DNA from: Methanococcoides sp. AM1
GTDB taxonomy: Archaea > Halobacteriota > Methanosarcinia > Methanosarcinales > Methanosarcinaceae
Direction of reading: 5' to 3'
DNA length: 40,000 nt
NCBI RefSeq assembly: GCF_900774055.1
Contig: NZ_CAAGSW010000001.1
Location: 39,797 to 79,796 of the forward strand
The notes under the pieces were generated by a model. That model ran no database searches. It saw nothing but the letters and a program-made list of their open reading frames with translations, and was not told the origin of the DNA. How positions within the stretch are numbered: position 1 is the first letter of the stretch; each line of letters opens with the position of its first letter. Below are positions 1 to 10,952 of this stretch, piece after piece. Position numbers and translations under genes: made by a program.

Positions 1-953
1 GTGGTCGCGTACCCTGTTGTCGTCAGTATAGAGACAACCTGAAAAATAGCATACCTGAAAGATGTGGGGATAGAATCGGGCGTGTCCCTCCAGAGGATCA
101 ATGTCAGAAGGACAGTCGCAAGACCTACGATCACAAAATAAAACTTGAACTCATTATCCTTTAGAAGGCTTTTTTTATCAGAATATAAGGTCTTGTAATG
201 CAAAGCAAAGTTCGCACCTGCAATGAACATAAAAAGCGTGATGATACCTTCGATGAGAGGACTGTTAAAAGCTGCAACACTGTCTGCATAAGGTGAAAAA
301 CCGCCACATGCCATCGTAGTAAAAGTATGCGTGCAGGCGTCATAGAAAGACATACCCGCAATGAGCAGTAGAAGAAGCTCAACTACGGAAATGGAAACGT
401 AAACAGTCCAGAGTATCTTTGCGGTTTCCCTTATCCTTGGCTTTAGCTGGTCCTCTTTGGGACCCGGGGCCTCAGCGCGGAACATCTGGCGACCTGCAAC
501 TCCAAGCTTTGGGAGAATAGCAATGAACAACATGATAATTCCCATGCCACCAATCCATTGGGTCATACTTCTCCAGAACAGCAGACTTCTTGAATGAGAC
601 TCAATGTCTACGAAGACCGTTGCTCCGGTCGTTGTAAACCCTGACATTGACTCGAACAGGGCATTAAGAAAAGTTACTCCGTCGAACATATACGGAATTG
701 AACCAAATAGTGCTGCTGCAAACCATCCAAAAGCAACTATAGCAAAGCCTTCACGTTTCTCCCATTCCCTTTCATCTGATGAAGAATACCTGAATGAAAG
801 TATAGATCCAACGACAGTAGTAAATGAAAACGCGACTGCAAAAGGATATGGAGATTCACCATAATAAAGGGCAACACCAAGAGGTAGTAGCATCATTGGA
901 CCAAGAAAACGAAGAAGTAAGCCCAATACATTAAATACGATACCAAAATTCAT
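1..953 (-). CDS. trkH: Trk-type K+ uptake membrane subunit TrkH (partial; C-terminus lies beyond the left edge)
   Basis: Absent from the ORF track because it runs off the window. Hand translation of the minus strand from the ATG (complement of 951-953) stays open to position 1: MNFGIVFNVLGLLLRFLGPMM...SMSGFTTTGATV...MTQWIGGMGIIMLFIAILPKLG...FTTMACGGFSPY... It is multi-TM with Trk/Ktr-like GFTTTG and GGMG pore-loop motifs and lies immediately downstream of trkA. Confidence 0.75.
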   Translation of the reverse strand, partial: MNFGIVFNVLGLLLRFLGPMMLLPLGVALYYGESPYPFAVAFSFTTVVGSILSFRYSSSDEREWEKREGFAIVAFGWFAAALFGSIPYMFDGVTFLNALFESMSGFTTTGATVFVDIESHSRSLLFWRSMTQWIGGMGIIMLFIAILPKLGVAGRQMFRAEAPGPKEDQLKPRIRETAKILWTVYVSISVVELLLLLIAGMSFYDACTHTFTTMACGGFSPYADSVAAFNSPLIEGIITLFMFIAGANFALHYKTLYSDKKSLLKDNEFKFYFVIVGLATVLLTLILWRDTPDSIPTSFRYAIFQVVSILTTTGYAT

Positions 954-973
954 CAAAACACGCCTATTTAAAA

Positions 974-2308
974 TTACTTGAACAATCTTTCGACAGCCTG
1001 ATGTGCAGAAGGCAATGAGAATATAAGCACACGGTCACCTTCCTTGATAATATAGTTACCGCGAGGTACGAAAGTATCGCCTTTATGAACAACCATACTG
1101 ACAAGTGCACCTTCAGGGAACTTGACGTTCTTCAAAGGTCTTCCAACTACTTTTGAATTGCTTGATGCAGTATATTCAATGATCTCCGCTTTTTCGCCCT
1201 CGATCATGGTCAGGGCTTCAATGCCTGTTCCCATGGTCAGTTTCAATACTTCATTAATGGTAGCTTTCCTTGGACTTACAGCACGATCCACACCTACAAG
1301 TTCGAACAGTGGAACATAATCAAGATGATCAGCACGTACAATGACCTTTTTAGAACCAAGCTGCTTTGCAAGCAGAGCACATAACAGATTCTTTTCATCA
1401 CTATCCGTCACAGAGATAACGACATCCATATCCTGAACACCTTCTTCCTTGAGAAGGTTGATGTCCGTCCCATTGCCTTTCAGAACAAGTACTTTTGGGA
1501 GTGCCTCAGCAATGAACTCGCACCTTTCCCGATCCTTTTCGATTATCTTTATAGTTGCATGGCTTTTTTCAATAAGCTTTGCAAGATAGAAACCAACGGT
1601 ACCTCCACCGATGATCATCACCCTACTGACGTTATCCTCATGACCCGCAAAGAGACTTCCCACATTAGCCATGGCATCCGATTTTCCGATGACAACAACA
1701 TGATCAGCACTATGTATGACATCATCCCCATGAGGAATAATAATGTCGGATTGCCTGTAAATAGCACTCACAATGCAGCAATCAGAAAGATCTAGGTCCT
1801 TCATATTCTTGTCCACAAGATCGCTTTCTTCAGATACAACGAATTCCATCATCTTGATCTTTCCATCTGCAAATATCTCAGCATCAATAGCTGATGGAAT
1901 AGAAAGGATCTCGGCGACCTCTGAAGCAAGGGATAGTTCCGGACAGATCATGACATCGATGCCTATCTGTGTGCGGGTTGCAATCGGCCTGTCAATATAA
2001 TCAGGATTTGTTACCCTTGACATTGTTTTGAATGGCCTGTAAGAAGGAGCCAGCAGTTTGGCTGCGGTACATGCAACAATATTCACTTCATCTGAACCGG
2101 TCACAGCAACAAGGAGATCAGCATCGTTGATCACCTGGCCTAATATGGAGATATTAGCACCATTCCCATGAATGACCTGTACATCAAGTTCGTCTGCACG
2201 TGCACACGCATCCTCATCATTATCAATGACGATAACATCATTGTTGAGATAAAGGGAACTTGCTATATGATACCCTACCTCTCCGGCTCCGACGATTATG
2301 ATTTTCAT
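974..2308 (-). CDS. trkA: Trk system NAD-binding subunit TrkA (two RCK repeats)
   Basis: The ORF has two Rossmann motifs (MKIIIVGAGEVG and VMIIGGGTVGFYLA), each followed by an RCK_C-like segment. I prefer the ATG at 2308 over the upstream GTG at 2317 listed in the track. Confidence 0.9.
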   Translation of the reverse strand: MKIIIVGAGEVGYHIASSLYLNNDVIVIDNDEDACARADELDVQVIHGNGANISILGQVINDADLLVAVTGSDEVNIVACTAAKLLAPSYRPFKTMSRVTNPDYIDRPIATRTQIGIDVMICPELSLASEVAEILSIPSAIDAEIFADGKIKMMEFVVSEESDLVDKNMKDLDLSDCCIVSAIYRQSDIIIPHGDDVIHSADHVVVIGKSDAMANVGSLFAGHEDNVSRVMIIGGGTVGFYLAKLIEKSHATIKIIEKDRERCEFIAEALPKVLVLKGNGTDINLLKEEGVQDMDVVISVTDSDEKNLLCALLAKQLGSKKVIVRADHLDYVPLFELVGVDRAVSPRKATINEVLKLTMGTGIEALTMIEGEKAEIIEYTASSNSKVVGRPLKNVKFPEGALVSMVVHKGDTFVPRGNYIIKEGDRVLIFSLPSAHQAVERLFK

Positions 2309-2436
2309 AAAGATCACACTAACCTATGAAAATAAATTGGAAGTATAAGATATGGTTAATAACCGGTATCTGTGTTAAAGTTTACTCCACAGAAAGAGAA
2401 ATATAAAAAAAATAAGAGAGGTCTCCGACCCTGTGA

Positions 2437-3636
2437 TCAAGAATTTACAGAGTCGGAGAAAGTATCTGAAATTGCAGTTTCAAAAGCGTCTTTAACCTTG
2501 TCAAAGAAGCCTTTGCCACCTTTTGATCCTTTGGATTGAGTACCACTGACCTTGTCAAGCTCTTCCAGAAGACCTTTCTGTTTGTCTGTGAGATTCGTAG
2601 GCGTCTCAACAACGACCTTCACAAGCTGGTCACCCTGACCGTGTCCATGAAGATGTGGCATTCCCTTACCTTTCATACGTAGTATTGAATGGGTCTGGGT
2701 TCCTGCTTTTATCTTCATCTTGACCTTTCCATGAAGTGTCGGGACCATTACTTCAGAGCCAAGAGCTGCCTGAGAGAATGCGATCGGGACTTCATAGACA
2801 ATATCATCACCTATGCGATCGAATATCTCATGAGGCTTTATGTGGATCACAACATAAAGGTCACCTGATGGTGCACCCGGACTTCCTGCTTCACCCTCAC
2901 CGCTTACCTTCAGACGCAAACCAGTATCAGAACCTTTTGGAACCCTTACTTCGATCTTGCGCACTTTCTTCTGCTTGCCTGAACCTTTACAGACAGGACA
3001 CGGGGATTCGATGATCTGACCCCTACCATGACAATTGTCACATGTGGTAGTGGTCATGAAGTTACCAAGAGGTGTCCTTCGTGAATGGGTCATCTGACCG
3101 CTGCCACGACATTTCGGACAGGTGGTTGGGCTTGTACCTTCCTTTGCACCTGTACCTCCACAGGTTTCACAGTTCTCTGCCCTTGGAACATTGATCTTAA
3201 CCTGTTCACCGAAAGCAGCCTGCTCCAGAGTTACAGCCAGATCATATCTCAGATCAGAACCCCTTGTAGGACCCTGCCTGCGACGACCTCCGCCGCCAAA
3301 ACCTCCGAAACCGCCAAAGCCGCCTCCGAAGATACTGCCAAAGATATCACCAAGGTCTTCGAAACCGCCAAAATCAGCATTCCTGAAAATATCTTCGGTG
3401 CTATATCGACCGTCTATACCTGCATGGCCAAACCGATCATACTGTGATCTTTTCTCATCATCGGACAGCACAGCATAAGCTTCAGATATCTCCTTGAACT
3501 TTTCTTCAGCACCATCATCCTTGTTCTTGTCAGGATGGAATTTCATCGCAAGTTTGCGATATGCTTTCTTGATCTCGGTCTCAGAGGCATCCTTGGCTAC
3601 ACCAAGTATTTCATAATAATCACGTGTGGTCGACAT
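2437..3636 (-). CDS. dnaJ: Chaperone DnaJ (Hsp40)
   Basis: J-domain with HPD motif (YYEILGV...KFHPDKNK), a G/F-rich linker ([14 protein letters not shown]) and four CxxCxGxG zinc-finger repeats ([32 protein letters not shown]). Confidence 0.95.
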   Translation of the reverse strand: MSTTRDYYEILGVAKDASETEIKKAYRKLAMKFHPDKNKDDGAEEKFKEISEAYAVLSDDEKRSQYDRFGHAGIDGRYSTEDIFRNADFGGFEDLGDIFGSIFGGGFGGFGGFGGGGRRRQGPTRGSDLRYDLAVTLEQAAFGEQVKINVPRAENCETCGGTGAKEGTSPTTCPKCRGSGQMTHSRRTPLGNFMTTTTCDNCHGRGQIIESPCPVCKGSGKQKKVRKIEVRVPKGSDTGLRLKVSGEGEAGSPGAPSGDLYVVIHIKPHEIFDRIGDDIVYEVPIAFSQAALGSEVMVPTLHGKVKMKIKAGTQTHSILRMKGKGMPHLHGHGQGDQLVKVVVETPTNLTDKQKGLLEELDKVSGTQSKGSKGGKGFFDKVKDAFETAISDTFSDSVNS

Positions 3637-3702
3637 TAAATCTCCTTCATGGATAAATTAAAGTGCAGATGGAAAGCATCTGCACCTATACCTTCAAGAT
3701 AT

Positions 3703-5562
3703 TTATTTGTCTTCGTCGACAACCTCATAGTCCGCATCGACAACAGTTTCATCGGATCCGGAGTCAGAAGTGGATGCACCTGCATCTTCAGAAGCTTCAG
3801 CACCTGCAGCTGCTTCCTGCTGTGCCTTCTCGTACATTGCAGAGGATACCTGATAAACAGCTTCCTGTAATGCTTCGGTCTTAGCCTTAATAGCTTCGAC
3901 ATCTTCGCCTTCCAGAGCCTCTTTCAGATCAGCCATAGACTTTTCGATCGTGGCTTTCTGTTCATCGGTTGCGACATCTCCGGCTTCTTTCAGGGTCTTC
4001 TCAGAAGCATTGACAAGGGATTCTGCATTGTTCCTGATATCCACCTCTTCCTTACGTGCCTTATCCTCTTCTGCATGGACTTCAGCATCCTTTACCATCT
4101 GGTCGATCTCCTCATCGGACAATCCACCAGGTTTCTGGATAGAGATAGACTGTTCTTTACCGGTACCAAGATCCTTTGCATTCACATGGAGGATACCATT
4201 AGAATCAATGTCAAAGGTCACTTCGATCTGTGGCATTCCCCTTGGTGCAGGTGGTATACCATCCAGTACAAAGCGGCCAAGTGTCTTGTTAGCAGAAGCA
4301 ATTCCTCGCTCACCCTGCAGGATGTGGATCTCCACAGATGGCTGGCTATCTGCAGCAGTTGAGAATATCTGGCTCTTCTTTGTAGGGATAGTAGTGTTCC
4401 TCTCGATAAGCGGTGTTGCAACGCCTCCAAGGGTCTCAATACCAAGTGTCAGAGGTGTGACATCAAGCAAGAGGACATCATGGACCTCTCCACCAAGTAC
4501 ACCTGCCTGAATAGCTGCACCGACTGCAACTGCCTCATCAGGATTGATGTTCTTGTATGGATCCTTACCAATGAAATTCTTCACAAGATCATATACTGCA
4601 GGGATCCTGGTAGAACCGCCGATAAGAAGTACCCTGTCGATGTCCTTTGGAGTGACCTTTGCATCACTAAGAGCCTGTTTCATGGAAACAAGTGTCTTTT
4701 CTACAAGGTCTTCGGTCATCTTCTCGAACTGGGCCCTTGTAACATCAATATCAATGTGTTTTGGCTGTCCGTTAGAATCTGCTGTAATGAAAGGCAGGTT
4801 CACGTTAGTTGAAGCAACGCCTGAAAGTTCGATCTTTGCCTTCTCAGCAGCATCATTAAGACGCTGGAGTGCAGCTTTATCGTTTGAAAGGTCAATACCT
4901 TCAGCTTTCTTGAACTCATCGATAAGGAATTCTGCAAGCCTGTGGTCAAAGTCATCGCCACCAAGATGCGTATCCCCACTTGTGGAAAGTACCTCAAAGA
5001 TACCCTCTCCAAGCTCAAGAACGGATACATCAAAGGTACCGCCTCCGAGATCGTAGACCAGGATCTTGTGGTCGCCTTCCTCTTTGTCAAGACCGTATGC
5101 AAGAGATGCAGCTGTAGGTTCGTTGATGATCCTCATCACCTCAAGTCCGGCGATAGTACCGGCATCTTTGGTAGCCTGCCTCTGGGAATCATTGAAGTAA
5201 GCAGGTACAGTGATAACAGCCTGTGTGATGGACTCACCAAGATATGCTTCAGCGTCATCCTTGAGCTTGCGAAGGATCATTGCAGAAACTTCCTGTGGAG
5301 TGTAATCCTTATCATTCAGGTTTACTTTATAGTCACCCTCACCGATGTGACGCTTAATGGAGCTTACACTGTTATCAGGGTTGGCGATCATCTGCCTTTT
5401 TGCAACCTGTCCTACAAGCTTTTCTCCTTTCTTGGAAAAACCAACAACTGAAGGAGTTGTCCTTGCGCCCTCTGCGTTAGGGACAACAGTAGGTTTTCCA
5501 CCTTCGATAACAGCCATACAGGAATTAGTAGTTCCAAGATCAATACCTAATATCTTTCCCAT
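3703..5562 (-). CDS. dnaK: Chaperone DnaK (Hsp70)
   Basis: 619-aa ORF with canonical Hsp70 signatures ([32 protein letters not shown]). Confidence 0.97.
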   Translation of the reverse strand: MGKILGIDLGTTNSCMAVIEGGKPTVVPNAEGARTTPSVVGFSKKGEKLVGQVAKRQMIANPDNSVSSIKRHIGEGDYKVNLNDKDYTPQEVSAMILRKLKDDAEAYLGESITQAVITVPAYFNDSQRQATKDAGTIAGLEVMRIINEPTAASLAYGLDKEEGDHKILVYDLGGGTFDVSVLELGEGIFEVLSTSGDTHLGGDDFDHRLAEFLIDEFKKAEGIDLSNDKAALQRLNDAAEKAKIELSGVASTNVNLPFITADSNGQPKHIDIDVTRAQFEKMTEDLVEKTLVSMKQALSDAKVTPKDIDRVLLIGGSTRIPAVYDLVKNFIGKDPYKNINPDEAVAVGAAIQAGVLGGEVHDVLLLDVTPLTLGIETLGGVATPLIERNTTIPTKKSQIFSTAADSQPSVEIHILQGERGIASANKTLGRFVLDGIPPAPRGMPQIEVTFDIDSNGILHVNAKDLGTGKEQSISIQKPGGLSDEEIDQMVKDAEVHAEEDKARKEEVDIRNNAESLVNASEKTLKEAGDVATDEQKATIEKSMADLKEALEGEDVEAIKAKTEALQEAVYQVSSAMYEKAQQEAAAGAEASEDAGASTSDSGSDETVVDADYEVVDEDK

Positions 5563-5657
5563 GATAATACCTCACTTGTCTTTGATTATTAAATAGTTAA
5601 TAGCAATTTGATTCTCTTTATGACATTACTAAAGCAATAAGCTCATAATATCAGATG

Positions 5658-6236
5658 TTAGTTCTCATCCGGATTATCTGCAATTGTTACCATTGCATGA
5701 CGTATGACCTTCGAGTTGAGTTCATAACCGGGCTTGCAGACATCAACAACATGATGATCAGGATATTCCGAGGTCTGCACATGCATCATTGCCTCATGAA
5801 GGTGCGGATCGAATTCCTGACCGGTGCAATCGATCTTTTTCAGGCCTTCCTTCTCAAGGATAGAGACAAAATGCCTGAATACCATCTCAACGCCCTCAAT
5901 AACTGAATTCACATCATCGGTCTTCTTTGCAGATTCAAGAGCACGCTCAAAGTTATCATACACTTCCAGCATTTCGACCATCATATTCTCCAGAGCGAAC
6001 TTGCGGAACTCTTCCTTTTCACGCACACTTCGCTTTCTGAAGTTCTCGAACTCAGCCCTCTGCCGGATCAGTTGTTCTTTGAGTTCCATCATATCAGAAT
6101 CCGTGGAAGTGACATCTTCGTTTTGGTCATCGGCTCCATTACCAGCCAGATTTTCCGACATATCGTCGTCTTTGCAACCAGTACACGAATCCTTCTCTTC
6201 TTTAAGTTTAGATTTCTTTCCAAATTTACCTGCCAT
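5658..6236 (-). CDS. grpE: Nucleotide exchange factor GrpE
   Basis: 192-aa ORF with a GrpE-like coiled-coil region (RQRAEFENFRKR) and beta-domain. It sits at the head of the grpE-dnaK-dnaJ operon. Confidence 0.9.
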   Translation of the reverse strand: MAGKFGKKSKLKEEKDSCTGCKDDDMSENLAGNGADDQNEDVTSTDSDMMELKEQLIRQRAEFENFRKRSVREKEEFRKFALENMMVEMLEVYDNFERALESAKKTDDVNSVIEGVEMVFRHFVSILEKEGLKKIDCTGQEFDPHLHEAMMHVQTSEYPDHHVVDVCKPGYELNSKVIRHAMVTIADNPDEN

Positions 6237-6388
6237 TGATCACGACTCCGCCATAATTTATCAGCGGTATAATTAACAGCAGATGATTGTTTGAAGTTCT
6301 ATAAATACGTTATGGTTTGGTTTGCACGCTACACTAAAAAAGAACAGACCAAAAACAAGCCCCAACAAGCGCCTTTGGTCAAATTGGT

Positions 6389-6802
6389 TCAGGCATATTC
6401 TGCCTGCATCTTATAAGATAGTAATTTTACAAGCAACATGCTTGCGATCATACAGATGGCAAGTGCTGACACCAGTCGATCCCACCCCAATACACTGAGG
6501 CCGTCCTTGAGGACAAAATCAACGCCTCCAAAAAATGAAAAGATGGAGATGGTAGCTGCAAGTGACACGACACATCCACCGATAAGTGCACCTATCTGGT
6601 CGGCACCCCTCTTCTCAAAGAATACTGAACCTACTATGAACACCACAGCAAATATCAGCAATATTACAGAAGAAGGCATTGGACTGATGCCACTGGAAAG
6701 AATGTTCATAACTCCAAGAGCCATACCGATCATAAAAATGGACATGGTACCTGAAACAGCAAGCGCCTGTAAAAAAGGATTATCTGAAATTTCCGCATTC
6801 AT
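6389..6802 (-). CDS. Small integral membrane protein, function unknown
   Basis: 137-aa ORF with about four hydrophobic helices. I recognise no motif. Confidence 0.5.
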   Translation of the reverse strand: MNAEISDNPFLQALAVSGTMSIFMIGMALGVMNILSSGISPMPSSVILLIFAVVFIVGSVFFEKRGADQIGALIGGCVVSLAATISIFSFFGGVDFVLKDGLSVLGWDRLVSALAICMIASMLLVKLLSYKMQAEYA

Positions 6803-6939
6803 CCTTCATATCCCTCGCGTTGTAATTTGTGTTGCTGATATATATAGTAATTGTCGAAGACACACAATAAATAGGGAATATATTCACAGCACCATGATCC
6901 ACAGTAAATAACAAATAAGATGATAGAATCTCACCTTAC

Positions 6940-7863
6940 ATGAAAATACTCCTTTCGGAATATGCCCTCAGCACCGGCATGGGTGGAACCTACCTTTTAG
7001 AAGGTAAAGCAATGCTCCACACCCTGACATCCAGTTTTTCGCGCCTTGGACACGAAGTAGTATACACATCGTCAGGACCAACGATAGAATATGGCAACCC
7101 AATTGATTCCAACGAGGACAATATCAATGAAATTCTGGAGAAACAGGCAAAGGATTGCGATGCAGCCCTTGTGATCGCACCTGAAGAGCTTCTACCCGAT
7201 ATCACAGCCATAATCGATGACAATACACTGAACCTCGGCTGCCCCTTTGAGTCAGTATCTATTTGCTCGGATAAGCTGGAATGTACCAGAAAACTGGAAA
7301 ACGCATCAATTGCGACTCCGGGAACTTATTCTGCTGACCAGGAAATACCAAAAGAGAAACGCTGGGTAGTAAAGCCAAGATACGGGTGTGCATCAGAGGA
7401 TACATTCGTAAGCCACTACCCGAAATTGAAAAAAGGTCAGATCGCAACAGAGTATGTCGAAGGAGAACATTTAAGTGTCAGCCTCATCTGTGGAAAGAAG
7501 ACACTCCCATTAACAGTGAATAAGCAAATGATAGATATCGATCCCGAAAAGGATTCGTCTTCTGTTGATTACTGCGGCTGCACGACGCCATACCCTACCG
7601 AAAGGATGCAGGAGCTTTATGAAACAGCTATCGAGGCAACCAGCATACTGGGATGCAATGGGTACACCGGAGTGGACATAATACTGAGAGACAGGCCATA
7701 TATAATAGACATTAATCCAAGACCTACGACATCTCTTGTAGGCATTACTAAAATAATGGACAGGGAGATAGCAGAGCTTCTGATAGCTAATGCTCTTGGG
7801 CAACCACTCCCACAGATAAATATTACAGGAAATTACTCGTTCACCAAAGAGGAATTGATATGA
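6940..7863 (+). CDS. mfnD: ATP-grasp ligase, MfnD-like (tyramine-L-glutamate ligase of methanofuran biosynthesis)
   Basis: 307-aa ATP-grasp-like ORF (WVVKPRYGCASE...; EYVEGEHLSVS; GVDIILRDRPYIIDINPRP). It overlaps the next gene by 4 nt. The assignment rests on the ATP-grasp / hydantoinase-like / amino-acid-kinase-fold trio known from methanofuran biosynthesis. Confidence 0.6.
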   Translation: MKILLSEYALSTGMGGTYLLEGKAMLHTLTSSFSRLGHEVVYTSSGPTIEYGNPIDSNEDNINEILEKQAKDCDAALVIAPEELLPDITAIIDDNTLNLGCPFESVSICSDKLECTRKLENASIATPGTYSADQEIPKEKRWVVKPRYGCASEDTFVSHYPKLKKGQIATEYVEGEHLSVSLICGKKTLPLTVNKQMIDIDPEKDSSSVDYCGCTTPYPTERMQELYETAIEATSILGCNGYTGVDIILRDRPYIIDINPRPTTSLVGITKIMDREIAELLIANALGQPLPQINITGNYSFTKEELI

Positions 7864-8849
7864 AATATATTGGAATAGATATTGGCGGAGCCAATACAAA
7901 GGTCGCCTCCTCTGATGGGGAAATCAAAGAACTGCTCTACATCCCGCTATGGAAAGATACAACACTTCCATCAGCACTTAAGGAACTATCAAAAAAGCTC
8001 AACCCCGATGGCCTGGCTGTTGTAATGACAGGAGAACTTGCAGACTGTTTTGTAGACAAGGATGAGGGAATCAGCTTTATTATGAACGCTGTGAACAACG
8101 CTTTCGATTGCAAGATAGAATACGTGAACAACAGTGGGCACTTCCAGGACAGTACCCAGAACACAAGGGACCTTGCTGCTGCCAATTGGGCTGCATCTGC
8201 CCGCATGATAGGAAAAGAGGTAGGAGATTGTATTTTTGTAGATGTGGGCAGCACCACCAGTGATATTATTCCCATTAAGAACGGCAAACATATGGCAGGA
8301 TATACCGATTTTTCCAGGCTGCTTCGCAGTGAGCTGGTATATGCAGGAACCCTGCGCACGAACCTTGCAGCCCTGCTTAAGAGCGTAGAACTAAAGGAAG
8401 GAACATGCCGCATCTCTTCCGAACTTTTTGCAACCACTGCTGATGCATACATGCTTCTTGGTGATATAGACAAGGAGCTGTTCACATGCGAAACCTCAGA
8501 TGGTGCCGGCCGGGACAGAATTGATTGCATGAGAAGGCTTGCACGAGTAGTATGTGCCGATCTTGCAGAAATATCTGAAGAGGACCTGCTTATGATAGCA
8601 AAAGATGTGAAGGAAACACAGATATCCCTGCTTTGTGATGCAATATCCACTGTTGCTGAGAAGAATGGTCTTGACACTATTGTCTCCGCAGGACTGGGAG
8701 AATTCATGATAGAAGAAGCTGCAATGCGTCTTGACCTTGATTGTTTCTCAACTTCCGACAAGTGGGGACCTGAGATATCAAAGGTGTTCCCTGCTTATGC
8801 TGCTGCAAAGCTGCTTGAAGAAGAGGAAAACGAAAAAAATACGAATTGA
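7860..8849 (+). CDS. mfnF: Hydantoinase-A-like / H4MPT-linked C1 pathway protein, MfnF-like
   Basis: 329-aa ORF with an ASKHA/hydantoinase-like N-terminus (MKYIGIDIGGANTKVA...FVDVGSTTSDIIP). It is translationally coupled to the ATP-grasp gene. Confidence 0.55.
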   Translation: MKYIGIDIGGANTKVASSDGEIKELLYIPLWKDTTLPSALKELSKKLNPDGLAVVMTGELADCFVDKDEGISFIMNAVNNAFDCKIEYVNNSGHFQDSTQNTRDLAAANWAASARMIGKEVGDCIFVDVGSTTSDIIPIKNGKHMAGYTDFSRLLRSELVYAGTLRTNLAALLKSVELKEGTCRISSELFATTADAYMLLGDIDKELFTCETSDGAGRDRIDCMRRLARVVCADLAEISEEDLLMIAKDVKETQISLLCDAISTVAEKNGLDTIVSAGLGEFMIEEAAMRLDLDCFSTSDKWGPEISKVFPAYAAAKLLEEEENEKNTN

Positions 8850-8865
8850 GATCCTGCGATAAGAA

Positions 8866-9498
8866 ATGAAAGTAGTCCTTAAGATCGGTGGAAGCCTGAT
8901 AGAGCAAGCTGATGATCTGCTAAAAGCAATCATGGAACAAATTGTCAGCACAGAAAGCAAAGTAAAGATAGTGGTCGTACCAGGAGGAGGTGTCTTTGCC
9001 AATGGAATTCGAGAAGCAAGCAGAGCATATTCGATCGGTGATGAAGCTGCCCACTGGATGGCTGTGGCAGCAATGGAACAATATGCGTACCTTCTTGTGG
9101 ACAAAAGTGGCATGCCTTCAATTGATGATACGGATAATGTGCCTGAAGGAATGTCCATCCTGTTGCCATATAAATTACTAAAGACAACTGATGAGCTCGA
9201 ACATTCATGGGATGTTACATCAGACACCATAGCAGCATGGGTTGCGCATCGGATCGATGCAGCACTTATCAAAGCCACAGATGTTGATGGAGTTCTAAAT
9301 GAAGGTGAACTTATCGAAAAGATCACTGCTAAAGAACTTGAGAGCATGGGAGAGACATGTACTGACCGGATACTACCGCACATATTGGATAAATATGGCA
9401 TGGACTGTGTCATCGTTAATGGAAACATTCCAGAAAGAGTGGTTGCTGCTATCGAAGGGAAAATGGTTAGGAGTACATACATCAAGGGGAATATTTAA
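8866..9498 (+). CDS. mfnE: Amino-acid-kinase-fold small-molecule kinase, MfnE-like
   Basis: 210-aa ORF with AA-kinase-fold motifs ([23 protein letters not shown]). It is the third gene of the mfn-like cluster. Confidence 0.55.
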   Translation: MKVVLKIGGSLIEQADDLLKAIMEQIVSTESKVKIVVVPGGGVFANGIREASRAYSIGDEAAHWMAVAAMEQYAYLLVDKSGMPSIDDTDNVPEGMSILLPYKLLKTTDELEHSWDVTSDTIAAWVAHRIDAALIKATDVDGVLNEGELIEKITAKELESMGETCTDRILPHILDKYGMDCVIVNGNIPERVVAAIEGKMVRSTYIKGNI

Positions 9499-9599
9499 AT
9501 TATATACCGCGTATGTACAGAAACCGTTATAGCTTATCGCGACACGAAGCGTTTCGTTCAAGCATTATACATATTTACAGAATCAAAAGGAGTATTACA

Positions 9600-9764
9600 A
9601 TGGCAAAAGTTGAACAATGCACATCATGTGGAGTTCGCCTTGTTGAGAAGGGTTTCACAAGATTCCCATGCCCAGCATGTGACACCGAGCTTGGAAGATG
9701 TACCAAGTGCAGACAACAGAGCAACCCTTACACATGCCCTAAATGCGGCTTTGTAGGACCCTGA
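9600..9764 (+). CDS. Small zinc-ribbon protein upstream of aEF-1beta
   Basis: The internal ATG at 9600 gives the 54-aa product [14 protein letters not shown]...[33 protein letters not shown] with four CxxC pairs. The longer 83-aa track ORF has an implausible N-terminal extension. Confidence 0.6.
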   Translation: MAKVEQCTSCGVRLVEKGFTRFPCPACDTELGRCTKCRQQSNPYTCPKCGFVGP

Positions 9765-9773
9765 GGGACCGAT

Positions 9774-10043
9774 ATGGGAGAAGTAGCAGCAACAATGAAG
9801 ATCATGCCAGAAGGTGTCGACACCGACCTGGATGACCTGAAGAACAAACTAGAAGCAGTATTGCCAGAAGGCTCATCAATGTTTGGTTCAGAGGTAGAAC
9901 CTGTTGCTTTTGGTCTGAAAGCACTCAAGGTAGTAATCCTTGTAGGTGACCTTGAAGGCGGTACCGAATCCGTTGAAGAGGCTTTTGCAGCAGTTCCTGG
10001 CGTAGAAAGTGTACAGGTCACTGAATTAGGCAGACCTGTATAA
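9774..10043 (+). CDS. Translation elongation factor aEF-1 beta
   Basis: 89-aa ORF of typical aEF-1beta size and sequence (MGEVAATMKIMPEGVDTDL...FGLKALKVVILVGDLEGGTE...VESVQV). A T-rich tract follows it. Confidence 0.88.
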   Translation: MGEVAATMKIMPEGVDTDLDDLKNKLEAVLPEGSSMFGSEVEPVAFGLKALKVVILVGDLEGGTESVEEAFAAVPGVESVQVTELGRPV

Positions 10044-10124
10044 TCGCAAAGAGCTTTTTCTTATCTCTTTTTCTTTTCTTTTAATTTTCCTTAATATCGT
10101 AGTAATTACTCTAAATATTATGAC

Positions 10125-10196
10125 GGGCTCGTAGATCAGGGGGAGATCGTTACGTTCGCAACGTAAAGGCCGCGGGTTCAAATCCCGCCGAGTCCA
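10125..10196 (+). tRNA. tRNA-Ala (anticodon CGC)
   Basis: Hand-folded cloverleaf. Acceptor GGGCUCG / CGAGUCC includes the G3:U70 alanine identity pair. D stem is GAUC/GAUC. Anticodon stem is UUACG/CGUAA with loop UUCGCAA (anticodon CGC). Variable loop is AGGCC. T arm is GCGGG-UUCAAAU-CCCGC. Discriminator is A. CCA is not encoded. Confidence 0.9.
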
Positions 10197-10281
10197 GTAA
10201 GAAAGTTTAGATAGACCTAAGAAGATAGCGATTTTCTGCAAGAATTGAGTATATAAGTCTCTGTCTTTTTTGTACTTAACC
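10184..10281 (+). repeat. Direct repeat copy 1 (attL-like): last 13 nt of tRNA-Ala plus 85 nt downstream
   Basis: Aligns without gaps to 18819-18916 with roughly 9 mismatches in 98. Shared stretches include cccgccgagtccagtaagaaa, gattttctgcaagaattgagtatataa and tctctgtcttttttgtacttaacc. Confidence 0.75.
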
Positions 10282-10952
10282 CAGCTGGTTAGTTGTAATC
10301 TTGATCAAAAGTTAAGCAGGATTGTATCTGCTGGAAGGCCACAGCTCGCTTGTGCACAGGCATCTCACATAAAAGAAAACACATATGCATACGTTCACAA
10401 ATCACTCTACATCCTTCTAGGGGCTTCTGGAGATATGCCTACATGTCTTTTCTCAGTTATTCGGAAATATGCTGAGTTGAGATTGCGGTACCAGAAGGGT
10501 TTGACGAGATTGAGAAAATAGAGCAAAAATCCTGAACCATAATTTGTTTTTACTCAAAAAACAATATATAATGTGGGAGTGGGAGCTAAAGGATTCTTTG
10601 TCAATCGGCTGTGACTCCAATTAGACAAACTATCCAGAAAAACGTCAACTACCTGGCTTCTGTTCCCACATTATACTATTTTTGTAGAAGCTTGAGGTTC
10701 TGTTTCTTTTTGCACTTTGCTTTTTGAACAGTTAAGATTAAAAGTACCTCTGATTACAAAATATTATACTTGACAATAAAGTCCTGCAGTTATACAGGCA
10801 ACGCGGGTTACTGGAAAGTCCTTGGATAAAAAGAAGAATTCACGACTCTTGGCTTAATTGCCAGGAATGTGCGCGAATTGTCTTTGTTGGAACTGGGTCT
10901 GGTTATTTTACATTCGCCGAAGTAGTTAGAAGTAAGTAAAAAAGGTAAAAGT

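Noticed and set aside
2736-5596. Many 60-190-aa ORFs antisense to or out of frame within dnaJ and dnaK. Similar ORFs occur inside trkA, putP, hsdR, thiI and thrS.
   Set aside because: They lie entirely within strongly supported genes, have low-complexity or odd composition, and are typical shadow ORFs.
10026-10241. 71-aa minus-strand ORF.
   Set aside because: It overlaps the well-folded tRNA-Ala and T-rich intergenic DNA, so it is a spurious frame.
10226-10284. The 85-nt tRNA-Ala trailer repeat shares short words with TIR-R (atttctg, gagtat, tta(a/c)ccc), suggesting it might itself be a decayed casposon TIR.
   Set aside because: The alignment needs several multi-nt gaps. It cannot be distinguished from chance by eye and needs a proper statistical alignment.
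10270-10521. 83-aa ORF right after the attL-like repeat, considered as a split integrase fragment (SSV-type integration splits int).
   Set aside because: It has no tyrosine-recombinase motifs (R..HxxR..Y) and nothing recognisable. The ORF starts inside the repeat.
10567-10675. 12-nt inverted repeat (tataatgtggga / tcccacattata) separated by ~85 nt in the ORF-poor region after tRNA-Ala, considered as a possible MITE or ncRNA.
   Set aside because: It is a single short pair with no flanking target duplication and no compensatory structure evident between the arms. Noted only.
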